35,454 nucleotides of DNA from an uncultured cyanobacterium. Its GTDB lineage: Bacteria > Cyanobacteriota > Cyanobacteriia > Cyanobacteriales > Microcystaceae. The notes beneath the pieces were generated by a model. It saw only the letters and a program-made list of their open reading frames with translations. It had not been told where the DNA came from and made no database searches. A program made the position numbers and the translations under genes. How positions within the stretch are numbered: the first letter of the stretch is position 1; every line of letters starts with the position of its first letter. The stretch spans positions 1-35,454 of the forward strand of contig CAWEDJ010000049.1 of NCBI GenBank assembly GCA_963807635.1, read 5' to 3'. Positions 10,706 to 19,450 of this stretch are shown piece after piece.

Positions 10706-11752
10706 TTAAGCAGATTCAGTCACCCATTTTAATTGCTTTTGAATGCCGTCTTGATATGAAATTTTTGGAATCCATTGTAACTTTTGTTCGGCTGCTTGAA
10801 TATCAGCCACAAAAATCTTTTGATCAGAATGTCTTGATGGTAATTTTTCAAATTGAAGATGAATATCTAACTCTTTTTCTAGATTATTAAATAATTCAAG
10901 TAAAGATAAGCTATTGAGAACTCCTCCTCCAATGTTAAAAATAGAACCGCCTAAATTCGTCCTTTTTTCAAAAGCTAAACTATATAAGTTAATTAAATCT
11001 TCGGCGTGTAAAACATCTCTCACTTGCTTGCCGTTGCCAGCGATAGTAAAACTTTCTATTGGTTCTCCTTTTTCAGCAAGTTGTTTTTGCTTGAGAGCTT
11101 GAAGACAAAACCAGCCAATCCAGCCTTGATCAAATGTTGAAAACTGTCGCCCGCCATAAATAGAAGAATGTCGAAAAACAATCGTATTTAAACCATAATT
11201 ACGATGCCAATCTCGCACGTATTGATCGGCAGATCCTTTAGAGCAACCATAAGGACTCGAAAAATCCAGAGGAAAAGACTGATCGAAACCTGTTGGAAAA
11301 TCTGGAGAGATATAGCGAGTATCCGTTTCTTCCAAACGAATTTGCTCCATCTCCCCATAAACCTTATTCGTACTTGAATAAACAAACACCGCATCGGGAG
11401 AATAAAGCCGTGTTGCTTCCAATAAATTAAAGGTTCCTACAGTATTTGTTAAAAAATCTCGACGTGGATCTGCCATCGAAGTTGTCATTGCAACTTGACC
11501 TGCTAAGTGGGCAATCGCATCAAATGTACCATACTTTTCAAAAAAGCAATTGACTGAATCCGAATCTGCAATATCAAAGGTTTGGATAATTAACTGTTTT
11601 GGAGATGACTGAGATTCTAACCAAGCTTTATTTTGTTCACTGCCAACTCTCATCAGAGCATCAATAACAAAAATTTCATCCCCTTGTTTTAAAGCATGGG
11701 CAACAATATTAGACCCTAAAAAGCCACACCCACCAGTCACTAATAGTTTCAC
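10706..11752 (-). CDS. tyv: CDP-paratose 2-epimerase (CDP-tyvelose 2-epimerase)
   Basis: TGGCGFLGSN, HLAGQVAMTTS, SSTNKVYG, SPYGCSKG, FRHSSIYGGRQF.TFDQGWIGWF, GNGKQVRDVLHAED closely follow Salmonella Tyv/RfbE as I recall it. Confidence 0.92.
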   Translation of the reverse strand: MKLLVTGGCGFLGSNIVAHALKQGDEIFVIDALMRVGSEQNKAWLESQSSPKQLIIQTFDIADSDSVNCFFEKYGTFDAIAHLAGQVAMTTSMADPRRDFLTNTVGTFNLLEATRLYSPDAVFVYSSTNKVYGEMEQIRLEETDTRYISPDFPTGFDQSFPLDFSSPYGCSKGSADQYVRDWHRNYGLNTIVFRHSSIYGGRQFSTFDQGWIGWFCLQALKQKQLAEKGEPIESFTIAGNGKQVRDVLHAEDLINLYSLAFEKRTNLGGSIFNIGGGVLNSLSLLELFNNLEKELDIHLQFEKLPSRHSDQKIFVADIQAAEQKLQWIPKISYQDGIQKQLKWVTESA

Positions 11753-11774
11753 GCTAGATTCTCCGTTTTGATTT

Positions 11775-12641
11775 CTAATTAATTATTTTTAATAAACCTC
11801 GTTCCAAAGTATTATTGGAAGTCCAACCAAAGGATTTTAATTTATCTAAGTTAGCTTCAGAAAACATAATTTCACCTTCTCGATAAGGCACAGTTCCAAA
11901 CTTTAAAATGGTTTTTGACTGAGTTAGTCTGTGTATCATTTCAACTAACTCTCGAATCTTTATTGCTTTACCACTTCCAACAGGATATTCTTGGTAAAAG
12001 CTAGGCTCTTTTTGAACTTTTTTAAGAAGTAGTTGATAAATAGAGACAACATCATCTATGTGGATAAAGTCTCTCTTTTGTTCTCCTGCTGTTAACTTCA
12101 ACTCTTCTATATTATTAAGACAGTTTTTGATAATGTAGGTTACAAATTTAGAATCATCATCACCTGCTCCAAAAATGTGTTCCAGCTTAAGATTAACAAA
12201 TTTAATTGTTTGCTTTTGGACAAATTGTTTACCCCAATCTAGAAAGTGCTTTTTTGAAGTCGAATAGATATTTAAATATGATGGCAACGTAGTATCAGTA
12301 TTTAAAAAGATATCAGTCTTAAAAAAAGTGGCAGCCTCCAACAATTTTAACGGAAAAATGACATTTGCTTCGACTATTTCAGTAGAACTTTCATTATTGC
12401 GTCCATAACAGGTTGCTGTATGAATGACCGAATCAATTTTACCTAAATCTTCAAACGGCTTCGTTAACTCACACTGATCAATATCATAAACACAACACTG
12501 GGACAAAATATTTTCAATGCGTTTAGTATTAGAAAAACTACGTTTTAGAATGATAACTCGATAATTATCTTTTAGTAAAGCCTTAACTAAATGGCTCCCT
12601 AAAAATCCCGTTGCTCCTGTTATGAGTACAGTTGATGACAT
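11775..12641 (-). CDS. prt: CDP-3,6-dideoxyhexose 4-reductase (CDP-paratose synthase Prt/RfbS; Abe/RfbJ family)
   Basis: TGATGFLGSHL, TATCYGR, NTDT, YSTSK, LEHIFGAGDDDSKF, GEQKRDFIHIDD. Position before tyv favours Prt over Abe. Confidence 0.8.
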   Translation of the reverse strand: MSSTVLITGATGFLGSHLVKALLKDNYRVIILKRSFSNTKRIENILSQCCVYDIDQCELTKPFEDLGKIDSVIHTATCYGRNNESSTEIVEANVIFPLKLLEAATFFKTDIFLNTDTTLPSYLNIYSTSKKHFLDWGKQFVQKQTIKFVNLKLEHIFGAGDDDSKFVTYIIKNCLNNIEELKLTAGEQKRDFIHIDDVVSIYQLLLKKVQKEPSFYQEYPVGSGKAIKIRELVEMIHRLTQSKTILKFGTVPYREGEIMFSEANLDKLKSFGWTSNNTLERGLLKIIN

Positions 12642-12662
12642 TTTTAGTGGTTCAAATTTATA

Positions 12663-14428
12663 CTACTTTAGCTCAACAAAATCCTTAATAACCTGACAAA
12701 TAAAATCTATCTCATCTGAACCAATGCCTGGATAAGTCCCCAGAAAAATGGCTTCGTTCATTAGTCGATCTGCACCTATCGTTTCAACCGCAATACGCAA
12801 TGTATCGGGCTGAGTTTTACGCAAATCCACAAAAACTGGCTGACGGAGCAAATTACCGCCAAACAACATTCGCGTACCGATACGATATTTTTCTAAATGC
12901 CGAGCTAAATCTGCTCGCTTAAAAGGAGCCGTTGGTTTCACTAATAATAAAAATCCGAACCAACTACAATCGCTACGATGTCCAGAATCATTCCACACAA
13001 AACCATCATGAGAATTCCAGCCAACGGCATGGGTCGGTAAGCTAAACTCAAACACGTCTTCTAAACCAGCTAAACCCTTGCGTAACATTTGCCAATTTTG
13101 TTTACGTGCTTCAATAAATTGGGGCAAACGTCGTAACTGAACACGACCGATCGCAGCCTGAGGATCAAGAGGTTTGAGATTATAACCCAAGTGAGAATAA
13201 ATATACTTGTGGTCATAGCCATCGGGGAGTTCACCCAACTGCCAATCGTAGCGTTTATTACAAGTGTTATCTTTTCCACTCGGACACCAACAATCCCGAC
13301 CCCAATCTCGAAAACTCTCTGCCACTCGTTTTAATTTTGCACTACGAACAATATTCACTGATCCGCCTTCACCCATTGTTAAATGATGCGGTGGATAAAA
13401 TGACTGGGTACTAATATCACCCCAGGTTCCTGTCCAACGAACAACGCGATCGCTTCCTTCATCTAAGCCTGGAGTATTCTCTTTAAAACCTAAAGCTTCG
13501 GCTTCTGAACGCGGCAAAGAATAGCTGCAACCTAACGCATCACAGTTATCTTCAATTAACCAAAGATTATACTTACGACAAAAAGCTAAAACAGCACCTA
13601 AGTCAAAGGGATTTCCTAACGCATGGGCGACCATCACCGCTTTGGTTTTACCTGGTGAATAAGCTTGCTCTAACTGATCTACTCGTAAATTACTTGTAAC
13701 AGGGTCATTATCAATAAAAACTGGGATACAGCCATTTTGTATAATGGGTGATACTGTCGTTGGAAAACCTGCCGCACAGGTAATAACTTCATCTCCTTTT
13801 TTTAACCGCCTAGACTCTTCGATTAATGGAGAGGTTAACGTACTTAAGGCAATTAAATTAGCGGATGATCCCGAATTAACGGCTAAACAGTAATGGACTC
13901 CTAAAAAAGCAGCTAATTCTTTTTCAAAGGCGGCTCCTTCAACTCCTAAGGTTAACCAAAAATCTAGAGTAGTAGAAACGGCCGCTTGCTACTTCCTCAC
14001 TAGTGAATACTCGTCCTGCGTAGGGAACACTTCCTCCCGAAAACGTAGGTCGTAGAGGAATCAATTGCGGGTCTATTTTGAAGATGTTTGAGGTGAGAGA
14101 ATTGACGGGTATTTTGTAATACAATAGCGCGATGAACTTCTGCTAATGTCTCTGTTTTTAATTGAATTCCTTGCTCGACAATAGTATTCAAAGGTACTGT
14201 CAAGGGTCGGTCTGTACGAATATAAACTGTTTTCTCAAGGATGCCTTCCGCTAAATCTTTGGAAGTAACCTCAAGTAAGTTTGGATAATCAGGATTATTA
14301 GTAACTTTTAAAAGACTGATTTCACCTTCTGAATCTACTTCTGATAATACCAAGGCAAATTGGTTTTGTTGCTTATTCGTATCTTCTGACGGTACAAACA
14401 GTTTAATGATTTGTCCTAATAACTTCAC
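12663..14428 (-). CDS. rfbH: CDP-4-keto-6-deoxyglucose 3-dehydrase (E1, RfbH/DdhC) with an about 100-aa N-terminal extra domain; two 1-nt frameshifts
   Basis: Removing one base at 14040-14043 and one at 13986-13987 gives ...VPYAGRVFTSEEVAAAVSTTLDFWLTLG...VNSGSSANL...AGFPTTV...AHALGNPF...EDNCDALG...SFYPPHHLTMGEGG (His in place of the PLP Lys)...RDCWC.....NTC, about 587 aa. GTG start at 14428 with upstream GAGG. Confidence 0.9.
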
Positions 14429-14494
14429 AATTAATCCTCGGCTACTTTGTGGGAATCGTTTGAGAGTAAAATCTTTAAGATCAGAGCAAAAATA

Positions 14495-15577
14495 TCAAGA
14501 AGCCTGATAATTAGCAATATCAGCTAAGACCTTGGCTTGAGCCTCTTTTGAATTGCTTAAGGTGTGGAGATACCAAAGCACCGTGCGTTCAATAGTGGTT
14601 GAAAAATTCCAGCGAGGCTGCCATCCCAGATGATGATAGGCTTTATCCGTTACTAGATTCAGTAAACCCGCTTCATGGGGGGCATTCGGGTCAGATTGAT
14701 CTTGCCAATCTCCTGGCCAATGACGTAGGATTTCCACTACTAAATTTTCTACTGTTCTGTTGGAACTGAGTAATGGGCCAAAGTTAAAAGCGGTACAAAC
14801 TTGAGCGAGTCGCTCTATGTCATTTTCTGTTAGATCTTGATAAATTTTTTCTGCTAACAATAAATAGCCACTTAAAGGCTCTAAAACGTGTTGCCAAGGT
14901 CGGGTTGCTTGGGGATTACGAACAGGGATTATTTCTTTCTTTTGGAGGGAACGGATAGCATCAGGTACAATGCGATCCTTTGCCCAATCGCCTCCTCCAA
15001 TTACATTACCCGCTCTTACACTGGCAATTTTAACGGGGCATCTACTATCGCTAAAAAAGGAACTTCTCCAAGAGGCGATCGCTAATTCTGCTCCTGCTTT
15101 ACTCGAACTATAGGGATCACGGCCTCCTAAATGGTCATTTTCTCGATATCCGTAGATCCATTCCCGATTTTCATAACATTTATCGGTGGTGATGAAGATA
15201 GCAACACAAGGATGATTGATTTTTCTTAGAGCTTCTAAGACATGAATTGTACCCATTACATTGGCATTCCACGTCTCAACAGGTTCTAGATAGGAAAACC
15301 TAACTAAGGGCTGAGCGGCTAAGTGAAAAACAACATCAGGCTGGGATTCTTGGATGAGTTTAGAAACTAAATCAGCATCGCGAATATCCCCTAAGTAATG
15401 AGTGAGATGTTTATCTAGTTCCAACTGCTCAAATAAAGCGGGTTGAGTATTAGGAGGCAAGCTAAGACCAATTACTTCTGCTCCTAACTCTAAGAGCCAA
15501 GTAGAAAGCCAAGACCCCTTAAATCCTGTATGACCCGTTAAAAAGACTTTTTTTCCTTGCCAAAAACTCAAGTTCAT
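14495..15577 (-). CDS. rfbG: CDP-glucose 4,6-dehydratase
   Basis: FWQGKKVFLTGHTGFKGSWL, HLAAQPLVR, TTDKCYEN, DPYSSSK, RAGNVIGGGDW, RPWQHVLEPL. ATG at 15577 overlaps the rfbF stop (ATGA). Confidence 0.95.
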   Translation of the reverse strand: MNLSFWQGKKVFLTGHTGFKGSWLSTWLLELGAEVIGLSLPPNTQPALFEQLELDKHLTHYLGDIRDADLVSKLIQESQPDVVFHLAAQPLVRFSYLEPVETWNANVMGTIHVLEALRKINHPCVAIFITTDKCYENREWIYGYRENDHLGGRDPYSSSKAGAELAIASWRSSFFSDSRCPVKIASVRAGNVIGGGDWAKDRIVPDAIRSLQKKEIIPVRNPQATRPWQHVLEPLSGYLLLAEKIYQDLTENDIERLAQVCTAFNFGPLLSSNRTVENLVVEILRHWPGDWQDQSDPNAPHEAGLLNLVTDKAYHHLGWQPRWNFSTTIERTVLWYLHTLSNSKEAQAKVLADIANYQAS

Positions 15578-16371
15578 CGCCACACCTGCCAAGGAGCTTG
15601 ATTCTTATTATGAAGGTCATTGAGAAGCTCTAATTCTCGATAGGTGTCCATACATTGCCAGAAGCCTTCATGCTGGTAAACGGCAAGTTCTCCTTTTTCC
15701 GCCAGAATATGTAATGGTTCAGCTTCAAAGACAGTGCTGTCATCTTGAATTAAGTCTAGAACCTTACGATGGAGAACAAAATATCCTCCATTAATCCAAC
15801 CTTCGCTAGTTTGTGGTTTTTCCTTAAATGTTCCTACTAGTTGATCCTGAATCACCATTTCTCCAAAACGAGAAGGGGGACGAACGGCAGTTACTGTTGC
15901 TAATTTACCGTGACTTTTGTGATAGTCAACTAATGCTTTAATATCAACATCAGCTACACCATCGCCATAGGTTGCCAAAAATAAGTCAGCTCCAATTTTA
16001 TCTAGATAGGGAGTTAATCTTTTTAAACGTCCGCCTGTTAAAGTCTCCTGCCCCGTATCGACCAACCACAATCTCCAGTCTTCTTCGTCGTGACCATTGT
16101 TTAACTTAGTAATACTTTTGTTTCCTAGCTCTAACAATATGTCGCTATGGTTCCAGTCATAATTGATAAAATAATCCCTGATTTGCTCTCCCTTATAACC
16201 CATGCACAACATAAAATCTTTAAATCCATAGTGGGCATAGGTTTTCATGATGTGCCAAATCATCGGGCGATCGCCTACTGTAATCATTGGCTTAGGGCGG
16301 AATTCTGTCTCTTCTCTCAGACGAGTTCCTTTTCCACCACATAAAATTGCTACAGGTATGGATGATTTCAT
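15574..16371 (-). CDS. rfbF: Glucose-1-phosphate cytidylyltransferase
   Basis: ILCGGKGTRLREETEFRPKPM, DTGQETLTGGRLKR, TYGDGV, WINGGYF, GFWQCMDT. Confidence 0.95.
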   Translation of the reverse strand: MKSSIPVAILCGGKGTRLREETEFRPKPMITVGDRPMIWHIMKTYAHYGFKDFMLCMGYKGEQIRDYFINYDWNHSDILLELGNKSITKLNNGHDEEDWRLWLVDTGQETLTGGRLKRLTPYLDKIGADLFLATYGDGVADVDIKALVDYHKSHGKLATVTAVRPPSRFGEMVIQDQLVGTFKEKPQTSEGWINGGYFVLHRKVLDLIQDDSTVFEAEPLHILAEKGELAVYQHEGFWQCMDTYRELELLNDLHNKNQAPWQVWR

Positions 16372-17160
16372 AGTTTGTTACTAGATTGAGACGCTATGGG
16401 CAATTGAATTGAAGTACTAACAAAGTTAATACTAAGAAATAATTTTTTATCTCTCTACTTATTACCTTAGAATAACTGCATTTTGTTAGGAAAAATGAAA
16501 GTTACGATATTTTCGCTACTTTAGTTCAAAAAATAGATGTTTATCAGACAGAATTGACTTTCTTTTTGATAGACCGAAAGACTAACACGTATTTTAAACT
16601 TTTACTTTTATAATTCAGAGGTTAAAAGTATTTATTCTCAGTGTTTATATTTTTTAACTATGAAATTTACAGTAGTCTAACTAAATTTAATTCAAACTTA
16701 CGCACTGTCGCACTTTACTTTGGGCAGTTTCTTTGAATAATTGTAAGTGTATGATTACGTGTTCAAGATTAGGCAGAAAATGATTAATCTTAAAAAAAGG
16801 CAATAACATACCTCTCTCTAAAACTTTAGAGTGCACTCAAATGGCGTCTTCTCGTTTAGTTTACAGCAAGCAAGCTGCTGGATTTAAAAAAATATTTGTT
16901 TTTTGAGATTGGTGGAGATTGGGATTTATTCCAACTACGGGACTATCCTACACGGCATTTTTAAAATAGGCAAGTGTTTTCTAGAAAATCATAAAAGATT
17001 ATTTTTTTTGACTTAGTTTTTTTGATAAGGTTTTTTAGACTCTACCACAAATAAGCAAAGTTTAATTTTTAAAAAAAAATTCTAAGATATTTTTTAAATT
17101 CTAAAATTTATCTTGGATTTTTGATTCCCAGACTAAGTCGTAAAAGCGATCGCAAAGTAA

Positions 17161-17181
17161 CTTCACAAAAGCTTCACAAAA
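17161..17181. promoter_or_regulatory. Tandem 10-bp direct repeat with 11-bp period; possible transcription-factor site
   Basis: CTTCACAAAA-G-CTTCACAAAA in the long region upstream of rfbF. Confidence 0.3.
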
Positions 17182-17202
17182 CACTGGATGTGATTATGCA
17201 CT

Positions 17203-17230
17203 AAAAAACCTCCCTAGTCAAGAGGAAGGC
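17203..17230 (-). terminator. Intrinsic terminator downstream of psb30
   Basis: Minus strand GCCTTCCT-CTTGACT-AGGGAGGT followed by TTTTT. Confidence 0.7.
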
Positions 17231-17262
17231 AAAAATTAATAATCAATGGGTAGATTACTGCT

Positions 17263-17382
17263 TTAGAGATTGCCGCCTCGGAGGGCCAAGAGGAAGATGA
17301 CGACGGGGCCTGCAATCAAAATAAGACCAACAAAGGTTAACTGAAAAATAGGTTCTAGATTAAGGGATGCTATTAAATCCAT
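17263..17382 (-). CDS. psb30: Photosystem II reaction centre protein Psb30 (Ycf12)
   Basis: [39 protein letters not shown] (39 aa); the true start is internal to the 88-aa ORF. Confidence 0.95.
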   Translation of the reverse strand: MDLIASLNLEPIFQLTFVGLILIAGPVVIFLLALRGGNL

Positions 17383-17546
17383 ATGTTCTCCTAAAAATCG
17401 TCTATGGTATGAATGGGATAGGACAAAACGCCACGAAAACCATTGTCTATGATACCTTGGGATGGTTTCCCTGTTTTTGAAAAATGACATAAATATACAT
17501 AAAGTTCTACAATGGCTGTCTTTGAGCAAGCGGGGGATTTTGGGAG

Positions 17547-17894
17547 ATGGCCACTTGGCAATGTATTAAAGGATGCGGGGCTTGCTGTAATCTTGACCCC
17601 AGCGATCGCCCTGATTTGGCGGAGTATTTATCACCAGAGGAGTTGACCCATTATCTAAGTTTGGTGGGGGAAGGCGGCTGGTGTATCAATTTTGATGCTG
17701 AAGCTAGGGAATGTCGGATTTATGATGAGCGTCCTCGCTTTTGTCGGGTTTTGCCTGAGACCTTTGAGCAGATGTTTGGGGTCAGCCCAGAAGAATTTAA
17801 CGATTTTGCCATTGACTGCTGTGAGCAACAGATCGCTGGGGTCTATGGAGAAGATAGTCGAGAGCTAGAGCGTTATGACCAAGCGATCGCGTAA
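17547..17894 (+). CDS. YkgJ family CxxCxxCC cysteine-cluster protein
   Basis: [30 protein letters not shown]; divergent from psb30. Confidence 0.88.
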   Translation: MATWQCIKGCGACCNLDPSDRPDLAEYLSPEELTHYLSLVGEGGWCINFDAEARECRIYDERPRFCRVLPETFEQMFGVSPEEFNDFAIDCCEQQIAGVYGEDSRELERYDQAIA

Positions 17895-18306
17895 TTGATT
17901 TTTCCTAGAGCGTGTCATCAATCAGCAATTCTCATTATGGCAAAAGCCTTATGCAGAAAGCAAAAACAGGCTTTTATCCTACAGAAATGAGACACCGTAA
18001 GGAGGCCATTAAGTCAAAATTCGTCAGATGACACACAAAGGGAGACAAAAATCACATTCCAGCTGTGAGCAACAGATCGCTGGGGTCTATGGAGAAGATA
18101 GTCGAGAGCTAGAGCGTTATGACCAAGCGATCGCGTAATTGATTTTTCCTAGAGCGTGTCATCAATCAGCAATTCTCATTATGGCAAAAGCCTTATGCAG
18201 AAAGCAAAAACAGGCTTTTATCCTACAGAAATGAGACACCGTAAGGAGGCCATTAAGTCAAAATTCGTCAGATGACACACAAAGGGAGACAAAAATCACA
18301 TTCCAG
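17818..18306. repeat. Exact tandem duplication with 244-bp period
   Basis: 17818-18062 equals 18062-18306. The unit holds the ykgJ 3' end, the IS5 tip and the left 140 bp of the MITE. Confidence 0.92.
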
Positions 18307-18390
18307 TTGTAATTATAAACAGAATCTTAAATCTTGAAATCCTTTAACAGCAAGGGGTTCAGGCGAGAATTTTCATAATGAGAATTGCTG
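18167..18390. mobile_element. 224-bp MITE with 17-bp perfect TIRs and 9-bp target-site duplication
   Basis: CAGCAATTCTCATTATG / CATAATGAGAATTGCTG; TSD GTCATCAAT at 18158-18166 and 18391-18399. Confidence 0.92.
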
Positions 18391-18443
18391 GTCATCAATT
18401 AACACACTTGACATTAGTGGATAATTATGCTGTTCAAGCTGGG

Positions 18444-19205
18444 CTACGCTAACCATATAACTGATGCTGCCAGATATATGCCGCCTAGAAAATTGGCTGA
18501 GCGCTTGTCGTAACGAGTCGCAAGCGCACGATATTGTTTGAGTTTCGCAAAGAAGTTTTCGACTAAATGACGCGCTTTATACAAAAATGTATCATAAGGG
18601 CGAGGTTCTTTTCGATTACTTTTCGAGGGTATCACAGGTATTATCCCTCTTTTTTCTAGAACCTTAATGACTCTATCGTCTGCGTCATAGGCTTTGTCCC
18701 CTAGCATCGCTTCTGCTTCTACGTTAGGCAATAGCACATCGGCTCCGTCTAAATCACACGCTTGACCTGGCGTTAGGAAAAAAGAGACTGGATTCCCTAA
18801 TGCGTCCACTACGGCATGGATTTTTGTACTTAATCCTCCTGTACTCCTTCCTATATCTTCTTCCTCTGCGCTACTGTTTTTTGCTCCTGCACTGTGTTGA
18901 TGCTCTCTCACAATCGTTGCATCTATCATTGCGTATTCATTATCAGCATCCTGCGCTAAGTGCTTGAATACCTTTTCCCACACCCCTGATTTCGTCCATC
19001 GCGTAAAACGCGTGTGAATCACTCGAAAATCTCCAAACCTTTCGGGTAAGTCTCTCCAAGGAATGCCCGCTCTATATCGATATAATACGGCTTCAACAAA
19101 CAAACGATTATCTTTGGCTGTTACTCCCACATCTCCCTCTTTTCCAGGTAATAGCTCTTTTATTCTTTCCCATTGGTCATCCCGCAACGCATAACGCCTT
19201 GTCAT
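18444..19205 (-). CDS. IS5-family transposase (DUF4096 plus DDE)
   Basis: LRDDQWERIKELLP, DNRLFVEAVLY...GIPWRDLPERFG, IDATIVR.HQHSAG, GGLSTKIH, GDKAYD, YKARHLVENFFAKLKQYR. ATG at 19205 with GAGG. Confidence 0.95.
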   Translation of the reverse strand: MTRRYALRDDQWERIKELLPGKEGDVGVTAKDNRLFVEAVLYRYRAGIPWRDLPERFGDFRVIHTRFTRWTKSGVWEKVFKHLAQDADNEYAMIDATIVREHQHSAGAKNSSAEEEDIGRSTGGLSTKIHAVVDALGNPVSFFLTPGQACDLDGADVLLPNVEAEAMLGDKAYDADDRVIKVLEKRGIIPVIPSKSNRKEPRPYDTFLYKARHLVENFFAKLKQYRALATRYDKRSANFLGGIYLAASVIWLA

Positions 19206-19450
19206 ATTCACACCTCTCTTCAATGTATATTTTGTCATTTCATACTCTGTGCATTATTTGCCACTAATGTCAACCCCCCTAATTGATGACACGCTCTAGG
19301 TAATCAGCTATCACGAATTTAGATTGTATAATAATTTTATTGAAAGTTTTGTCACAACGGGATTAAAATTCTTTAGACAATTAACAAATTACCGTGTTAC
19401 GCTGTACAAGATTTAAACGCTCTAAATCTTCTCATTTAATAGGGTAAAAT

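Larger units (their letters stand above)
18149..19299 (-). mobile_element. IS5-family insertion sequence (IS427-like) with a nested MITE in one terminal repeat
   Basis: Ends CTAGAGCGTGTCATCAAT (18149-18166) and ATTGATGACACGCTCTAG (19282-19299). After removing the MITE the symmetry extends through TTGACATTAGTGG. CTAG/TA is present at both junctions. Confidence 0.9.

Noticed and set aside
13939..14124. Separate 61-aa gene
   Set aside because: Its VPYAGRVFTSEEV segment is the middle frame of frameshifted rfbH.
16696..16749. ACTTACGCAC...GTAAGT mini inverted repeat resembling the 1044-1243 MITE ends
   Set aside because: Too short and degenerate to call.
17383..17529. N-terminal extension of Psb30 in the 88-aa ORF
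   Set aside because: Psb30 similarity starts at the ATG at 17382; the upstream part is the divergent promoter region.
17818..18306. Direct repeats as a possible CRISPR array
   Set aside because: Only two 244-bp identical units, with no short repeat-spacer structure and no cas genes.
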